This document shows positions 11,901 to 25,300 of a stretch of DNA of 64,000 nucleotides, one piece after another (position 1 is the first letter of the stretch; each line of letters opens with the position of its first letter). The notes below the pieces were generated by a model. That model ran no database searches and was not told where the DNA came from. It saw only the letters and a list, made by a program, of their open reading frames with translations. The stretch covers positions 106,206,001 through 106,270,000 of the forward strand of contig OZ296648.1 in the NCBI GenBank assembly GCA_965655095.1, read 5' to 3'. This DNA comes from Haplodiscus bocki (taxonomy: Eukaryota). A program made the translations under genes and the position numbers.

Positions 11901-13772
11901 TCATATTGATGCAATCGGCGGCCAGTCTGGTGCCGTTCCTTAGCCGTATTGTTGGAGCTCAGATGAATTTGTCCATCAGTCTAAACATGTGCTCTAATGG
12001 TTGATTACTTCGCTCAGCTGATCAAAAGTTGAGACAAACCCTTTCGGCATACTTGACCAGTTTGCTTCTGTTTAATGCATGTTTTTTGTCGGCATTGTGT
12101 TAACTGGACAAAAAACAAACATACCCTTCAATTGATAAATGGCTGTTTTTTAAATATTCTCGCGCAGTTTTCGCTATACACATCAACATTTCGTGGCGCT
12201 GCGCTACCAGTGAAATAAAAAAATGCAGTTTCACAGGAACAACAAATCATTCATAATATTGCTTGATGCAAACACATGTTACTAATTGCGCAAACACATG
12301 TTACTAATTGCGTCATTCAAGATCGGGCATCTTCGGATTGTATGTTTTTAAAGAATACAACGCATTTCTTAGTAGTGGCCGTTGATGACGACTCGTTCAT
12401 TTATTAGCGAATATGTTAATTGAAATATTTTTTTACGTGTTGCAAAATGTGTATTTGATTTTTTATGTCTATAATTTGCACTTTTTTTGAAATGTCTGAC
12501 TCCTCTATCACAAAATTAAGTATTCGATTTGATTGTTGAAGCTCAGATGAATTTTTCCATCAGTCTGAACATGCGCTCTAATGGCTGATTACTTCGCTCG
12601 GCTAATCAAAACTTGAGACAAACCTTTTTGGCATGCTTGACCAGTTTGCTCCTGTTTGATGCATGTTTTTTGTGGGCAGTGTGTTATCTGGACAAAAAAC
12701 ACAATATACCTTTCAAAAAATAAATGGCTGTTTTTTTTGATATTTCTCGCTCAGTTTTCGCCAAACACATCAACATTTCGTGGAGCTGCGCGACCAGGGA
12801 AACCGAAAAAAAATGGCAAATGAGCCGAACGTCAAATCATTCATATTGTTGATTGATGTGAAAACATTACCAGTTTGGTCATTCAAGATCGGGCAGCATC
12901 GGATTGTATGTTTTTCAAGCATACAACACTTTTCGTAGTGGGCGTTGATGACGAGTCGTTCATTTGTTACGGAATATATTATTGGAAACATTTTTTAAAA
13001 GAGTAGCGAGATGTGTATTTGATTTTTTATGTCTATGATATGCAGTTCTTTTAAAATGTCTACTGCACAAATTTATCACGAATTTTAAATTTTGATTTGA
13101 CTTCAATCAATCTGCAAAAAAATCAACGGCATAAATTTCAATTATCGCTGTTATTTACTGTTTTCTTTGTTAGAATATTAAAGAACTACTTCACTGGCCA
13201 ACTCATCTGTTCAACTCTCTCAGGCTTTGTGACAGCATTCCTAGTGAAGTTCCCACTTCACAGAATCCTTTTCCGTCGATGAGATTGGTTTATAGTTCAT
13301 CCTATAGAACGCAATTATGCCAAAGATTGGGGCATATTGGTTAGAGGTGAACTCCAAACACTTCGGCTGTAGCCGTAACTTTTACCATAACATTGACAGT
13401 ACCATTATAGAAGTCGAAATTGAATAAGAATAGAATGCATTTAAAAAAGAGAATTGACAAATATGCGATTTTTTATGATCTCAATAGTGGCCATGTTTAC
13501 AGAAGAAATCACGCATTTTTGTGAGCCTGGTCGCGTAATCATCTTCATATACCTTCGCAACACCTGGGGCAATATAGAAAAGCGTAAGACTTCCAATAAG
13601 TTTTTACTTTCTTGTGCTTATATTCGTATATGTATGTGAAATGTATGGATATATATCTAGATACCTTGGTAGATTTTTCTGTTGGAAGCTGAAGCTGAAA
13701 TTATAATTGAATGTTATACTCTTTTCCATTATTTCCCCAGTTGTTGGAGATGTAATTGGAAAACTTTAGGAG
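5913..13772. repeat. HOR domain 2: four tandem ~1.96-1.97 kb units (3'-truncated B fused to 5'-truncated A)
   Basis: Anchor spacings are 1960, 1968, 1967 and 1965. The same novel junction TATTCGATTTGA|TTG(C/T)T(A/G)AAGCTCAGATG occurs at ~6642, ~8602, ~10569 and ~12532. Confidence 0.93.
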
Positions 13773-16595
13773 CAGGCTCCGGTATTTGTTCCAAAGTCAG
13801 AGATTTAACATGTCTTTGAAGAGTTGCTGCGACAGTTGCATGCTTAACTCGGACGTCAGCTTGGATCATACTGATGCAATCGGCCGCCAGTATGGTGCCG
13901 TTCATTAGCCTTAGCCGTATTGTTGAAGCTCAGATGAATTTTTCCATCAGTCTGAACATGTGCTCTAATGGCTGATTACTTGGCTCAGCTGATCAAAACT
14001 TGAGACAAACCCTTTCGGCATGCTTGACCAGTTTGCTTCTCTTTAATGCATGTTTTTTGTCGGCCGTGTGTTAACTGGACAAAAAACAAACATACCTTTC
14101 AATTGATAAATGGCTGTTTTTTAAATTTTCTCGCCCAGTTTTCGCTATACACATCAACATTTCGTGGCGCTGCGTTACCAGGGAACTAAAAAAATGCAGT
14201 TTCACAAGAACATCAAATCATTCATAATATTGCTTGATGCAAACACATGTTACTAATTGCGCAAACACATGTTACTAATTGCGTCATTCAAGATCGGGCA
14301 TCTTCGGATAGCATGTTTTTAAAGAATACAACGCATTTCTTAGTAGTGGCCGTTGATGACGACTCGTTCATTTATTAGCGAATATGTTATTTGAAATATT
14401 TTTTTACGTGTTACGAAATGTGTATTTGATTTTTTATGTCTATAACATCCAATTTTTTTGAATTGTCTGACGCCTATATCACAAAATTAAGTATTCGATT
14501 TGACTTCAACCTTTCTGAAAAAATGACCAGCATAAATTTCAACTGTTGCGGTCCCTTACTATTTTTTGTTCAATTATCAAAACAAATTCAGTGGCCAATT
14601 CATCATTTCAACTCTTTCAGGCTTTGCGAGTAAGAATCCTTGGTGAAGTTACCCCTTCCATGAATCGTTTCTTTCGAACGGATTGATTTAGATTTCGTCC
14701 TAAAGCAAGCGATATTGCCAAACAGTGGAGGACATTGGTTAGATGTCAACTCCAAAGATTCCAAAGCAAAGCCTAACCTTTGCTCTTGACACTACCACTA
14801 TGAGACGGGAAAATATATAAGAATTGATTGCAATAATAGGGATATGACAAATATACGATTTGTATAATCTCAGTAGCGGCCCTATTTACAAAACAAATCG
14901 CGCTATTTTTTTGTGAGCCTGATGCCCCAATTTTTTTCATTTACCTCTCCAACACCTGAAGGCATTTTAAGAAAGCGTAGGGCTTTCAAAAAGTTGTTCA
15001 CATTTTTTCTACCTTTATTTGTATATGTATGTGAAGTGTATTGATATATTTTTGAATAGTTTGGTAGATTTTTATGTGTTGGAAGGTAAATGTGAAAATA
15101 TTCAAAATCTTACGCTCTTCCCTAATGCCCCCAAGTGTTGGGGAGGTAAATGGAAAAATTTGAGAGCAGGCTCCGGTAATTGTTCTAGAGTCAGAGATTT
15201 AGCATGTCTTTGAAGAGTTGCTGCGACAGTTGCATGCTCAACTGTGACGTCAACTTGGATCATACTGATGCAATCGGCCGCCAGCCTGGTGCCGTTTATT
15301 AGCCTTAGCCGTATTGTTGAAGCTCAGATGAATTTTTCCATCAGTCTGAACATGTGCTCTAATTCCTGATTACTTCGCTCAGCTAATCAAAACTTGAGAC
15401 AAACCTTTTTGGCATGCTTGACCAGTTTGCTCCTGTTTGATGCATGTTTTTTTGTGGGCAGTGTGTTATCTGGACAAAAAACTATACCTTTCAATTAATA
15501 AATGGCTGTTTTTTTATATATTTCTCGCTCAGTTTTCGCCAAACACATCAACATTTCGTGGAGCTGCGCGACCAGGGAAACCGAAAAAAAATGGCAAATG
15601 AGCCGAACGTCAAATCATTCATATTGTTGATTGATGTGAAAACATTACCAGTTTGGTCATTCAAGATCGGGCAGCATCGGATTGTATGTTTTTCAAGCAT
15701 ACAACACTTTTCGTAGTGGGCGTTGATGACGAGTCGTTCATTTGTTACGGAATATATTATTGGAAACATTTTTTAAAAGAGTAGCGAGATGTGTATTTGA
15801 TTTTTTATGTCTATGATATGCAGTTCTTTTAAAATGTCTACTGCACAAATTTATCACGAATTTTAAATTTTGATTTGACTTCAATCAATCTGCAAAAAAA
15901 TCAACGGCATAAATTTCAATTATCGCTGTTATTTACTGTTTTCTTTGTTAGAATATTAAAAAACTACTTCACTGGCCCACTCATCTGTTCAAATCTCTCA
16001 GGCTGTGACAGCATTCCTAGTGAAGTTCCCACTTCACAGAATCCTTTTCCGTCGATGAGATTGGTTTATAGTTCATCCTATAGAACGCGATTATGCCAAA
16101 GATTGGGGCATATTGGTTAGAGGTGAACTCCAAACACTTCGGCTGTAGCCGTAACTTTTACCATAACATTGACAGTACCATTATAGAAGTCGAAATTGAA
16201 TAAGAATAGAATGCATTTAAAAAAGACAATTGACAAATATGCGATTTTTTATAATCTCAATAGTGGCCATGTTTACAGAAGAAATCACGCATTTTTGTGA
16301 GCCTGGTCGCGTAATCATCTTCATTTACCTTCGCAACACCTGGGGCAATATAGAAAAGCGTAAGACTTCCAATAAGTTTTTACTTTCTTGTGCTTATATT
16401 CGTATATGTATGTGAAATGTATGGATATATATCTAGATACCTTGGTAGATTTTTCTGTTGGAAGCTGAAGCTGAAATTATAATTGAATGTTATACTCTTT
16501 TCCATTATTTCCCCAGTCGTTGGAGATGTAATTTGAAAACTTTAGGAGCAGGCTCCGGTAATTGTTCTGAAGTCAGAGATTTAACATGTCTTTGA

Positions 16596-16628
16596 GAGAT
16601 TAAGAGATAGGAAAAGATTTGAGAGATA
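16596..16628. other. Private 33-bp purine-rich insertion in one monomer
   Basis: TTTGA|GAGATTAAGAGATAGGAAAAGATTTGAGAGATA|ACAGTTG, versus TTTGAA(G/C)AGTTG in sister copies. This monomer is 1428 bp versus ~1395. Confidence 0.95.
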
Positions 16629-17722
16629 ACAGTTGCTGCGACAGTTGCATGCTTAACTGGGACGTCAACTTGGATCATACTGATGCAATCGGCCGCCAGT
16701 CTGGTGGCGTTTATTAGCCTTAGCCGTATTGTTGAAGCTCAGATGAATTTTTCCATCAGTCTGAACATGTGCTCTAATGGCTGATTACTTGGCTCAGCTG
16801 ATCAAAACTTGAGACAAACCCTTTCGGCATGCTTGACCAGTTTGCTTCTGTTTAATGCATGTTTTTTGTCGGCAGTGTGTTAACTGGACAAAAGACAAAC
16901 ATACCTTTCAATTGATGAATGGCTGTTTTTTAAATTTTCTCGCGCAGTCTTCGCTATACACATCAACATTTCGTGGCGCTGCGCTACCAGGGAACTAAAA
17001 AAATGCAGTTTCACAGGAACATCAAATCATTCATAATATTGCTTGATGCAAACACATGTTACTAATTGCGCAAACACATGTTACTAATTGCGTCATTCAA
17101 GATCGGGCATCTTCGAATTGTATGTTTTTAATGAATACAACGCATTTCTTAGTAGTGGCCGTTGATGACGACTCGTTCATTTATTAGCGAATATGTTACT
17201 TGAAATATTTTTTTACGTGTTGCAAAATGTGTATTTGATTTTTTATGTCTATAATTTGCACTTTTTTTGAAATGTCTGACTCCTCTATCACAAAATTAAG
17301 TATTCGATTTGACTTCAACCTTTCTGAAAAAATGACCAGCATAAATTTCAACTGTTGCGGTCCCTTACTATTTTTTGTTCAATTATCAAAACAAATTCAG
17401 TGGCCAATTCATCATTTCAACTCTTTCAGGCTTTGCGAGTAAGAATCCTTGGTGAAGTTACCCCTTCCATGAATCGTTTCTTTCGAACGGATTGATTTAG
17501 ATTTCGTCCTAAAGCAAGCGATATTGCCAAACAGTGGAGGACATTGGTTAGATGTCAACTCCAAAGATTCCAAAGCAAAGCCTAACCTTTGCTCTTGACA
17601 CTACCACTATAAGACGGGAAAATATATAAGAATTGATTGCAATAATAGGGATATGACAAATATACGATTTGTAAAATCTCAGTAGCGCCCCTATTTACAA
17701 AACAAATCACGCTATTTTTTGT

Positions 17723-17983
17723 GAGCCTGATGCCCTAATTTTTTTCATTTACCTCTCCAACACCTGAAGGCATTTTAAGAAAGCGTAAGGCTTTCAAAAA
17801 GTTTTTCACATTTTTTCTACCTATATTTGTATATGTGTGTGAAGTGTATTGATATATTTTTGATAGTTTGGTAGATTTTTATGTGTTGGAAGGTAAATGT
17901 GAAAATATCATTCAAAATCTTACGCTCTTTCCTAATGCCCCGAGGTGTTGGGGAGGTAAATGGAAAAATTTGAGAGCAGGCTC
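17723..17983. repeat. Inverted-repeat module, representative B-family copy
   Basis: Left arm GAGCCTGATGCCCTAATTTTTTTCATTTACCTCTCCAACACCTGAAGGCATT...GCGTAAG...TTTTCACATTT is complementary, in register, to right arm AAATGTGAAAA...CTTACGC...AATGCCCCGAGGTGTTGGGGAGGTAAATGGAAAAATTTGAGAGCAGGCTC. Confidence 0.85.
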
Positions 17984-19106
17984 CGGTAATTGTTCTAGAG
18001 TCAGAGATTTAGCATGTCTTTGAAGAGTTGCTGCGACAGTTGCATGCTTAACTGGGACGTCAACTTGGATCATACTGATGCAATCGGCCGCCAGTCTGGT
18101 GCCGTTTATTAGCCTTAGCCGTATTGTTGAAGCTCAGATGAATTTTTCCATCAGTCTGAACATGTGCTCTAATGGCTGATTACTTCGCTCAGCTAATCAA
18201 AACTTGAGACAAACCTTTTTGGCATGCTTGACCAGTTTGCTCCTGTTTGATGCATGTTTTTTGTGGGCAGTGTGATATCTGGACAAAAAACAAACAATAT
18301 ACCTTTCAATTAATAAATGGCTGTTTTTTTTAAATTTCTCGCTCAGTTTTCGCCAAACACATTAACATTTCGAGGAGCTGCGCGACCACGGAAACCAAAA
18401 AATGCAAATGAGCAGGAACGTCAAATCATTCATATTGTTGATTGATGTTAAAACATTACCACCTGCGTTATTCAAGATTGGGCATCTTCGGATTGTACGT
18501 TTTTGTAGCATACAACACATTTCGTAGTGGCCGTTGATGACGAGTCGTTCATTTGTTACGGAATATATTATTGGAAACATTTTTTAAAAGAGTAGCGAAA
18601 TGTGTATTTGATTTTTTATGTCTATGATATGCAGTTCTTTTAAAATGTCTACTGCACAAATGTATCACGAATTTTAAATTTTGATTTGACTTCAATCAAT
18701 CTGCAAAAATCAACGGCATAAATTTCAATTATCGCTGTCATTTACTGTTTTTTTTGTTAGAATATTTAAAAACTACTTCACCGGTAAACTCATCGTTCAA
18801 CTCTCTCAGGCTTTGTGACAGAATTCCTAGTGAAGTTCCCACCTCAGAGAATCCTTTTCCGTCGATGAGATTGGTTTATAATAGTTCATCCTATAGAACG
18901 CGATTATGCCAAAGATTGGGGCATTTTGGTTAGAGGTGAACTCCAAACACTTCGGCTGTAGCCATAACTTTTACCATTGACACTACCATTATAGAAGTCG
19001 AGATTGGATAAGGATTGAATGCATTTAAAAAAGAGAAATGACAAATATGCGATTTTTTATAATCTCAATAGTGGCCATATTTACAGAACAAATCACGCGT
19101 TTTTGT

Positions 19107-19364
19107 GAGCCTGGTCGCGTAATCATCTTCATTTACCTTCCCAACACCTGGGGCATTATAGAAAAGCGTAAGACTTCCAATAAGTTTTTACTTTCTTGCA
19201 CTTATATTCGTATATGTATGTGAAATGTATGGATATATATATCTAGATACCTTGGTAGATTTTTCTGTTGGAAGGTAAAGGTGAAAGTTTAATTGAATGT
19301 TATACGCTTTTTCATAATGCCCCAGGTGTTGGAGGTGTAAATGGAAAAATTTGGAAGCAGGCTC
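19107..19364. mobile_element. MITE-like ~260 bp inverted-repeat module (representative A-family copy; present in every intact monomer)
   Basis: Begins GAGCCTG and ends CAGGCTC. CCAACACCTGGGGCATTAT (19141-19159) is the exact reverse complement of ATAATGCCCCAGGTGTTGG (19314-19332). Further pairings CATTTAC/GTAAATG and AAAAGCGTA/TACGCTTTT fall in register. No TSD or transposase is seen, so the MITE call is inference; the inverted repeat itself is certain. Confidence 0.55.
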
Positions 19365-22300
19365 CGGTAATTGTTCTAGAGTCAGAGATTTAACATGTCT
19401 ATGAATAGTTGCTGCGACAGTTGCATGCTTAACTGGGACGTCAACTTGGATCATACTGATGCAATCGGCCGCCAGTCTGGTGCCGTTTATTAGCCTTAGC
19501 CGTATTGTTGAAGCTCAGATGATTTTTTCCATCAGTCTAATTATGTGCTCTAATGGTTGATTACTTCGCTCTACTGATCAAAACTTGAGACAAACCCTTT
19601 CGGCATGCTTGACCAGTTTGCTTCTGTTTAATGCATGTTTTTTGTCGGCAGTGTGTTAACTGGACAAAAAACAAACAATATACCTTTCAATTGATAAATG
19701 GCTGTTTTTTAAAATTTCTCGCTCAGTTTTCGCCAAACACATTAACATTTCGAGGAGCTGCGCGACCAGGGAAACCAAAAAATGCAAATGAGCAGGAACG
19801 TCAACTCTTTCATATTGTTGATTGATGTGTAAACATTACCACCTGCGTCATTCAAGATTGGGCATCTTCGGATTGTACGTTTTTCTAGCATACAACACAT
19901 TTCGTAGTGGCCGTTGATGACGAGTAGTTCATTTGTTACGGAATATATTATTGGAAACATTTTTTAAAACCGTTGCGAAATGTGTCTTCGATTTTTTATC
20001 TCTATAATATGCAGTTCTATTACATTGTCTACTGCACAAATTTATCAGAGTTTTTAAATTTTGGTTTGACTTCAATCAATCTGCGTAAATCACTGGCATA
20101 AGTTTCAATTATCGCTATCTTTTACTGTTTATTTTTCGTTAGAATATCAAAAAAGAACTTCACTGGCCAACTCATCATTTCAACTCTTTCAGGCTGTAGA
20201 AAGCGAATATGCCAAAGATTGGGGGATATTGGTTAGAAGTGGACTCCAAACACTTCGGCTGTAGCCATAACTTTTACCATTGACACTACCACTATAGGAG
20301 GCGAAATTGGATAAGGATTCATTGCATTTTAAAAAGATAATTGACAATTTTGCGTTCTTTTTAATCTCAATAGTGGCCATATTTACAGAATAAATCACGC
20401 ATTTTTGTGAGCCTGGTGCCTTGATCTTTTTCATTCACCTCCCCAAAACCTGGGGGCAAAGTAAAAAAGCGTCAGACTTCCGATAAGTTTTTTACTTTCT
20501 TGTATTTATATTCGTATTTGTATGTGAAGTGTATGGATATATATCTAGATACCTTGGTAGATTTTTCTGTTGGGAGGTAAAGGTGAAAATATAATTAAAT
20601 GTTATACGCTTTTTCATAATGCGCCCAGGTGTTGGAGATGTAAATGGAAAAATTTGGAGGCAGGCTCCGGTAATCGTTCTAGAGTCAGAGATTTAACGTG
20701 TCTATGAAGAGTTGCTGCGACTGTTGCATGCTTAACTGGGACGTCAACTTGGATCATACTGATGCAATCGGCTGCCAGTCTGGTGCCGTTTAGTAGCCTT
20801 AGCCGTATTGTTGAAGCTCAGATGAATTTTTCCATCAGTCTAAACATGTGCTTTAATGGTTGATTACTTGGCTCAGCTGATCAAAACTTGAGACAAACAC
20901 TTTCGGCATGCTTGACCAGTTTGCTTCTGTTTAATGCATGTTTTTTGTCGGGAGTGTGTTAACTGGACAAAATACAAACAATATACCTTTCAAATATTAA
21001 ATGGCTGTTTTTTAAAATTTCTCGCGCAGTTTTCGCTATACACATCAACATTTCCTGGCGCTGCGCTACCAGGGAACTAAAAAAATGCAGTTTCACAGGA
21101 ACATCAAATCATTCATAATATTGCTTGATGCAAACACATGTTACTAATTGCGCAAACACATATTACTAATTGCGTCATTCAAGATCGGGCATCTTCGGTT
21201 TGTATGTTTTTAAAGAATACAACGCATTTCTTAGTAGTGGCCGTTGATGACGACTCGTTCATTTATTAGCGAATATGTTACTTGAAATATTTTTTTACGT
21301 GTTGCAAAATGTGTATTTGATTTTTTATGTCTATAATTTGCACTTTTTTTTGAAATGTCTGACTCCTCTATCACAAAATTAAGTATTCGATTTGACTTCA
21401 ACCTTTCTGAAAAAATGACCAGCATAAATTTCAACTGTTGCGGTCCCTTACTATTTTTTGTTCAATTATCAAAACAAATTCAGTGGCCAATTCATCATTT
21501 CAACTCTTTCAGGCTTTGCGAGTAAGAATCCTTGGTGAAGTTACCCCTTCCATGAATCGTTTCTTTCGAACGGATTGATTTAGATTTCGTCCTAAAGCAA
21601 GCGATATTGCCAAACAGTGGAGGACATTGGTTAGATGTCAACTCCAAAGATTCCAAAGCAAAGCCTAACCTTTGCTCTTGACACTACCACTATAAGACGG
21701 GAAAATATATAAGAATTGATTGCAATAATAGGCATATGACAAATATACGATTTGTAAAATCTCAGTAGCGCCCCTATTTACAAAACAAATCACGCTATTT
21801 TTTGTGAGCCTGATGCCCTAATTTTTTTCATTTACCTCTCCAACACCTGAAGGCATTTTAAGAAAGCGTAAGGCTTTCAAAAAGTTTTTCACATTTTTTC
21901 TACCTATATTTGTATATGTGTGTGAAGTGTATTGATATATTTTTGATAGTTTGGTAGATTTTTATGTGTTGGAAGGTAAATGTGAAAATATCATTCAAAA
22001 TCTTACGCTCTTTCCTAATGCCCCGAGGTGTTGGGGAGGTAAATGGAAAAATTTGAGAGCAGGCTCCGGTAATTGTTCTAGAGTCAGAGATTTAGCATGT
22101 CTTTGAAGAGTTGCTGCGACAGTTGCATGCTTAACTGGGACGTCAACTTGGATCATACTGATGCAATCGGCCGCCAGTCTGGTGCGGTTTATTAGCCTTA
22201 GCCGTATTGTTGAAGCTCAGATGAATTTTTCCATCAGTCTGAACATGTGCTCTAATGGCTGATTACTTCGCTCAGCTAATCAAAACTTGAGACAAACCTT

Positions 22301-25300
22301 TTTGGCATGCTTGACCAGTTTGCTCCTGTTTGATGCATGTTTTTTGCGGGCAGTGTGTTATCTGGACAAAAAACAAACAATATACCTTTCAATTAATAAA
22401 TGGCTGTTTTTTTTTAAATTTCTCGCTCAGTTTTCGCCAAACACATTAACATTTCGAGGAGCTGCGCGACCACGGAAACCAAAAAATGCAAATGAGCAGG
22501 AACGTCAAATCATTCATATTGTTGATTGATGTGAAAACATTACCACCTGCGTTATTCAAGATTGGGCATCTTCGGATTGTACGTTTTTGTAGCATACAAC
22601 ACATTTCGTAGTGGCCGTTGATGACGAGTCGTTCATTTGTTACGGAATATATTATTGGAAACATTTTTTAAAAGAGTAGCGAAATGTGTATTTGATTTTT
22701 TATGTCTATGATATGCAGTTCTTTTAAAATGTCTACTGCACAAATGTATCACGAATTTTAAATTTTGATTTGACTTCAATCAATCTGCAAAAATCAACGG
22801 CATAAATTTCAATTATCGCTGTCATTTACTGTTTTTTTTTGTTAGAATATTTAAAAACTACTTCACCGGTAAACTCATCGTTCAACTCTCTCAGGCTTTG
22901 TGACAGAATTCCTAGTGAAGTTCCCACCTCAGAGAATCCTTTTCCGTCGATGAGATTGGTTTATAATAGTTCATCCTATAGAACGCGATTATGCCAAAGA
23001 TTGGGGCATTTTGGTTAGAGGTGAACTCCAAACACTTCGGCTGTAGCCATAACTTTTACCATTGACACTACCATTATAGAAGTCGAGATTGGATAAGGAT
23101 TGAATGCATTTAAAAAAGAGAAATGACAAATATGCGATTTTTTATAATCTCAATAGTGGCCATATTTACAGAACAAATCACGCGTTTTTGTGAGCCTGGT
23201 CGCGTAATCATCTTCATTTACCTTCCCAACACCTGGGGCATTATAGAAAAGCGTAAGACTTCCAATAAGTTTTTACTTTCTTGCACTTATATTCGTATAT
23301 GTATGTGAAATGTATGGATATATATATCTAGATACCTTGGTAGATTTTTCTGTTGGAAGGTAAAGGTGAAAGTTTAATTGAATGTTATACGCTTTTTCAT
23401 AATGCCCCAGGTGTTGGAGGTGTAAATGGAAAAATTTGGAAGCAGGCTCCGGTAATTGTTCTAGAGTCAGAGATTTAACATGTCTATGAATAGTTGCTGC
23501 GACAGTTGCATGCTTAACTGGGACGTCAACTTGGATCATACTGATGCAATCGGCCGCCAGTCTGGTGCCGTTTATTAGCCTTAGCCGTATTGTTGAAGCT
23601 CAGATGATTTTTTCCATCAGTCTAAACATGTGCTCTAATGGTTGATTACTTCGCTCTACTGATCAAAACTTGAGACAAACCCTTTCGGCATGCTTGACCA
23701 GTTTGCTTCTGTTTAATGCATGTTTTTTGTCGGCAGTGTGTTAACTGGACAAAAAACAAACAATATACCTTTCAATTGATAAATGGCTGTTTTTTAAAAT
23801 TTCTCGCTCAGTTTTCGCCAAACACATTAACATTTCGAGGAGCTGCGCGACCAGGGAAACCAAAAAATGCAAATGAGCAGGAACGTCAAATCATTCATAT
23901 TGTTGATTGATGTGTAAACATTACCACCTGCGTCATTCAAGATTGGGCATCTTCGGATTGTACGTTTTTCTAGCATACAACACATTTCGTAGTGGCCGTT
24001 GATGACGAGTAGTTCATTTGTTACGGAATATATTATTGGAAACATTTTTTAAAACCGTTGCGAAATGTGTCTTCGATTTTTTATCTCTATAATATGCAGT
24101 TCTATTACATTGTGTACTGCACAAATTTATCAGAGTTTTTAAATTTTGGTTTGACTTCAATCAATCTGCGTAAATCACTGGCATAAGTTTCAATTATCGC
24201 TATCTTTTACTGTTTATTTTTCGTTAGAATATCAAAAAAGAACTTCACTGGCCAACTCATCATTTCAACTCTTTCAGGCTTTGCGAGTAAGAATCCTTGG
24301 TGAAGTTACCCCTTCCATGAATCGTTTCTTTCGAACGGATTGATTTAAATTTCGTCCTAAAGCAAGCGATATTGCCAAACAGTGGAGGACATTGGTTAGA
24401 TGTCAACTCCAAAGATTCCAAAGCAAAGCCTAACCTTTGCTCTTGACACTACCACTATAAGACGGGAAAATATATAAGAATTGATTGCAATAATAGGGAT
24501 ATGACAAATATACGATTTGTAAAATCTCAGTAGCGCCCCTATTTACAAAACAAATCACGCTATTTTTTGTGAGCCTGATGCCCTAATTTTTTTCATTTAC
24601 CTCTCCAACACCTGAAGGCATTTTAAGAAAGCGTAAGGCTTTCAAAAAGTTTATCACATTTTTTCTATCTATATTTGTATATGTGTGTGAAGTGTATTGA
24701 TATATTTTTGATAGTTTGGTAGATTTTTATGTGTTGGAAGGTAAATGTGAAAATATCATTCAAAATCTTACGCTCTTTCCTAATGCCCCCATGTGTTGGG
24801 GAGGTAAATGGAAAAATTTGAGAGCAGGCTCCGGTAATTGTTCTAGAGTCAGAGATTTAGCATGTCTTTGAAGAGTTGCTGCGACAGTTGCATGCTTAAC
24901 TGGGACGTCAACTTGGATCATACTGATGCAATCGGCCGCCAGTCTGGTGCCGTTTATTAGCCTTAGCCGTATTGTTGAAGCTCAGATGAATTTTTCCATC
25001 AGTCTGAACATGTGCTCTAATGGCTGATTACTTCGCTCAGCTAATCAAAACTTGAGACAAACCTTTTTGGCATGCTTGACCAGTTTGCTCCTGTTTGATG
25101 CATGTTTTTTGTGGGCAGTGTGTTATCTGGACAAAAAACAAACAATATACCTTTCAATTAATAAATGGCTGTTTTTTTTATATTTCTCGCTCAGTTTTCG
25201 CCAAACACATTAACATTTCGAGGAGCTGCGCGACCACGGAAACCAAAAAATGCAAATGAGCAGGAACGTCAAATCATTCATATTGTTGATTGATGTGAAA

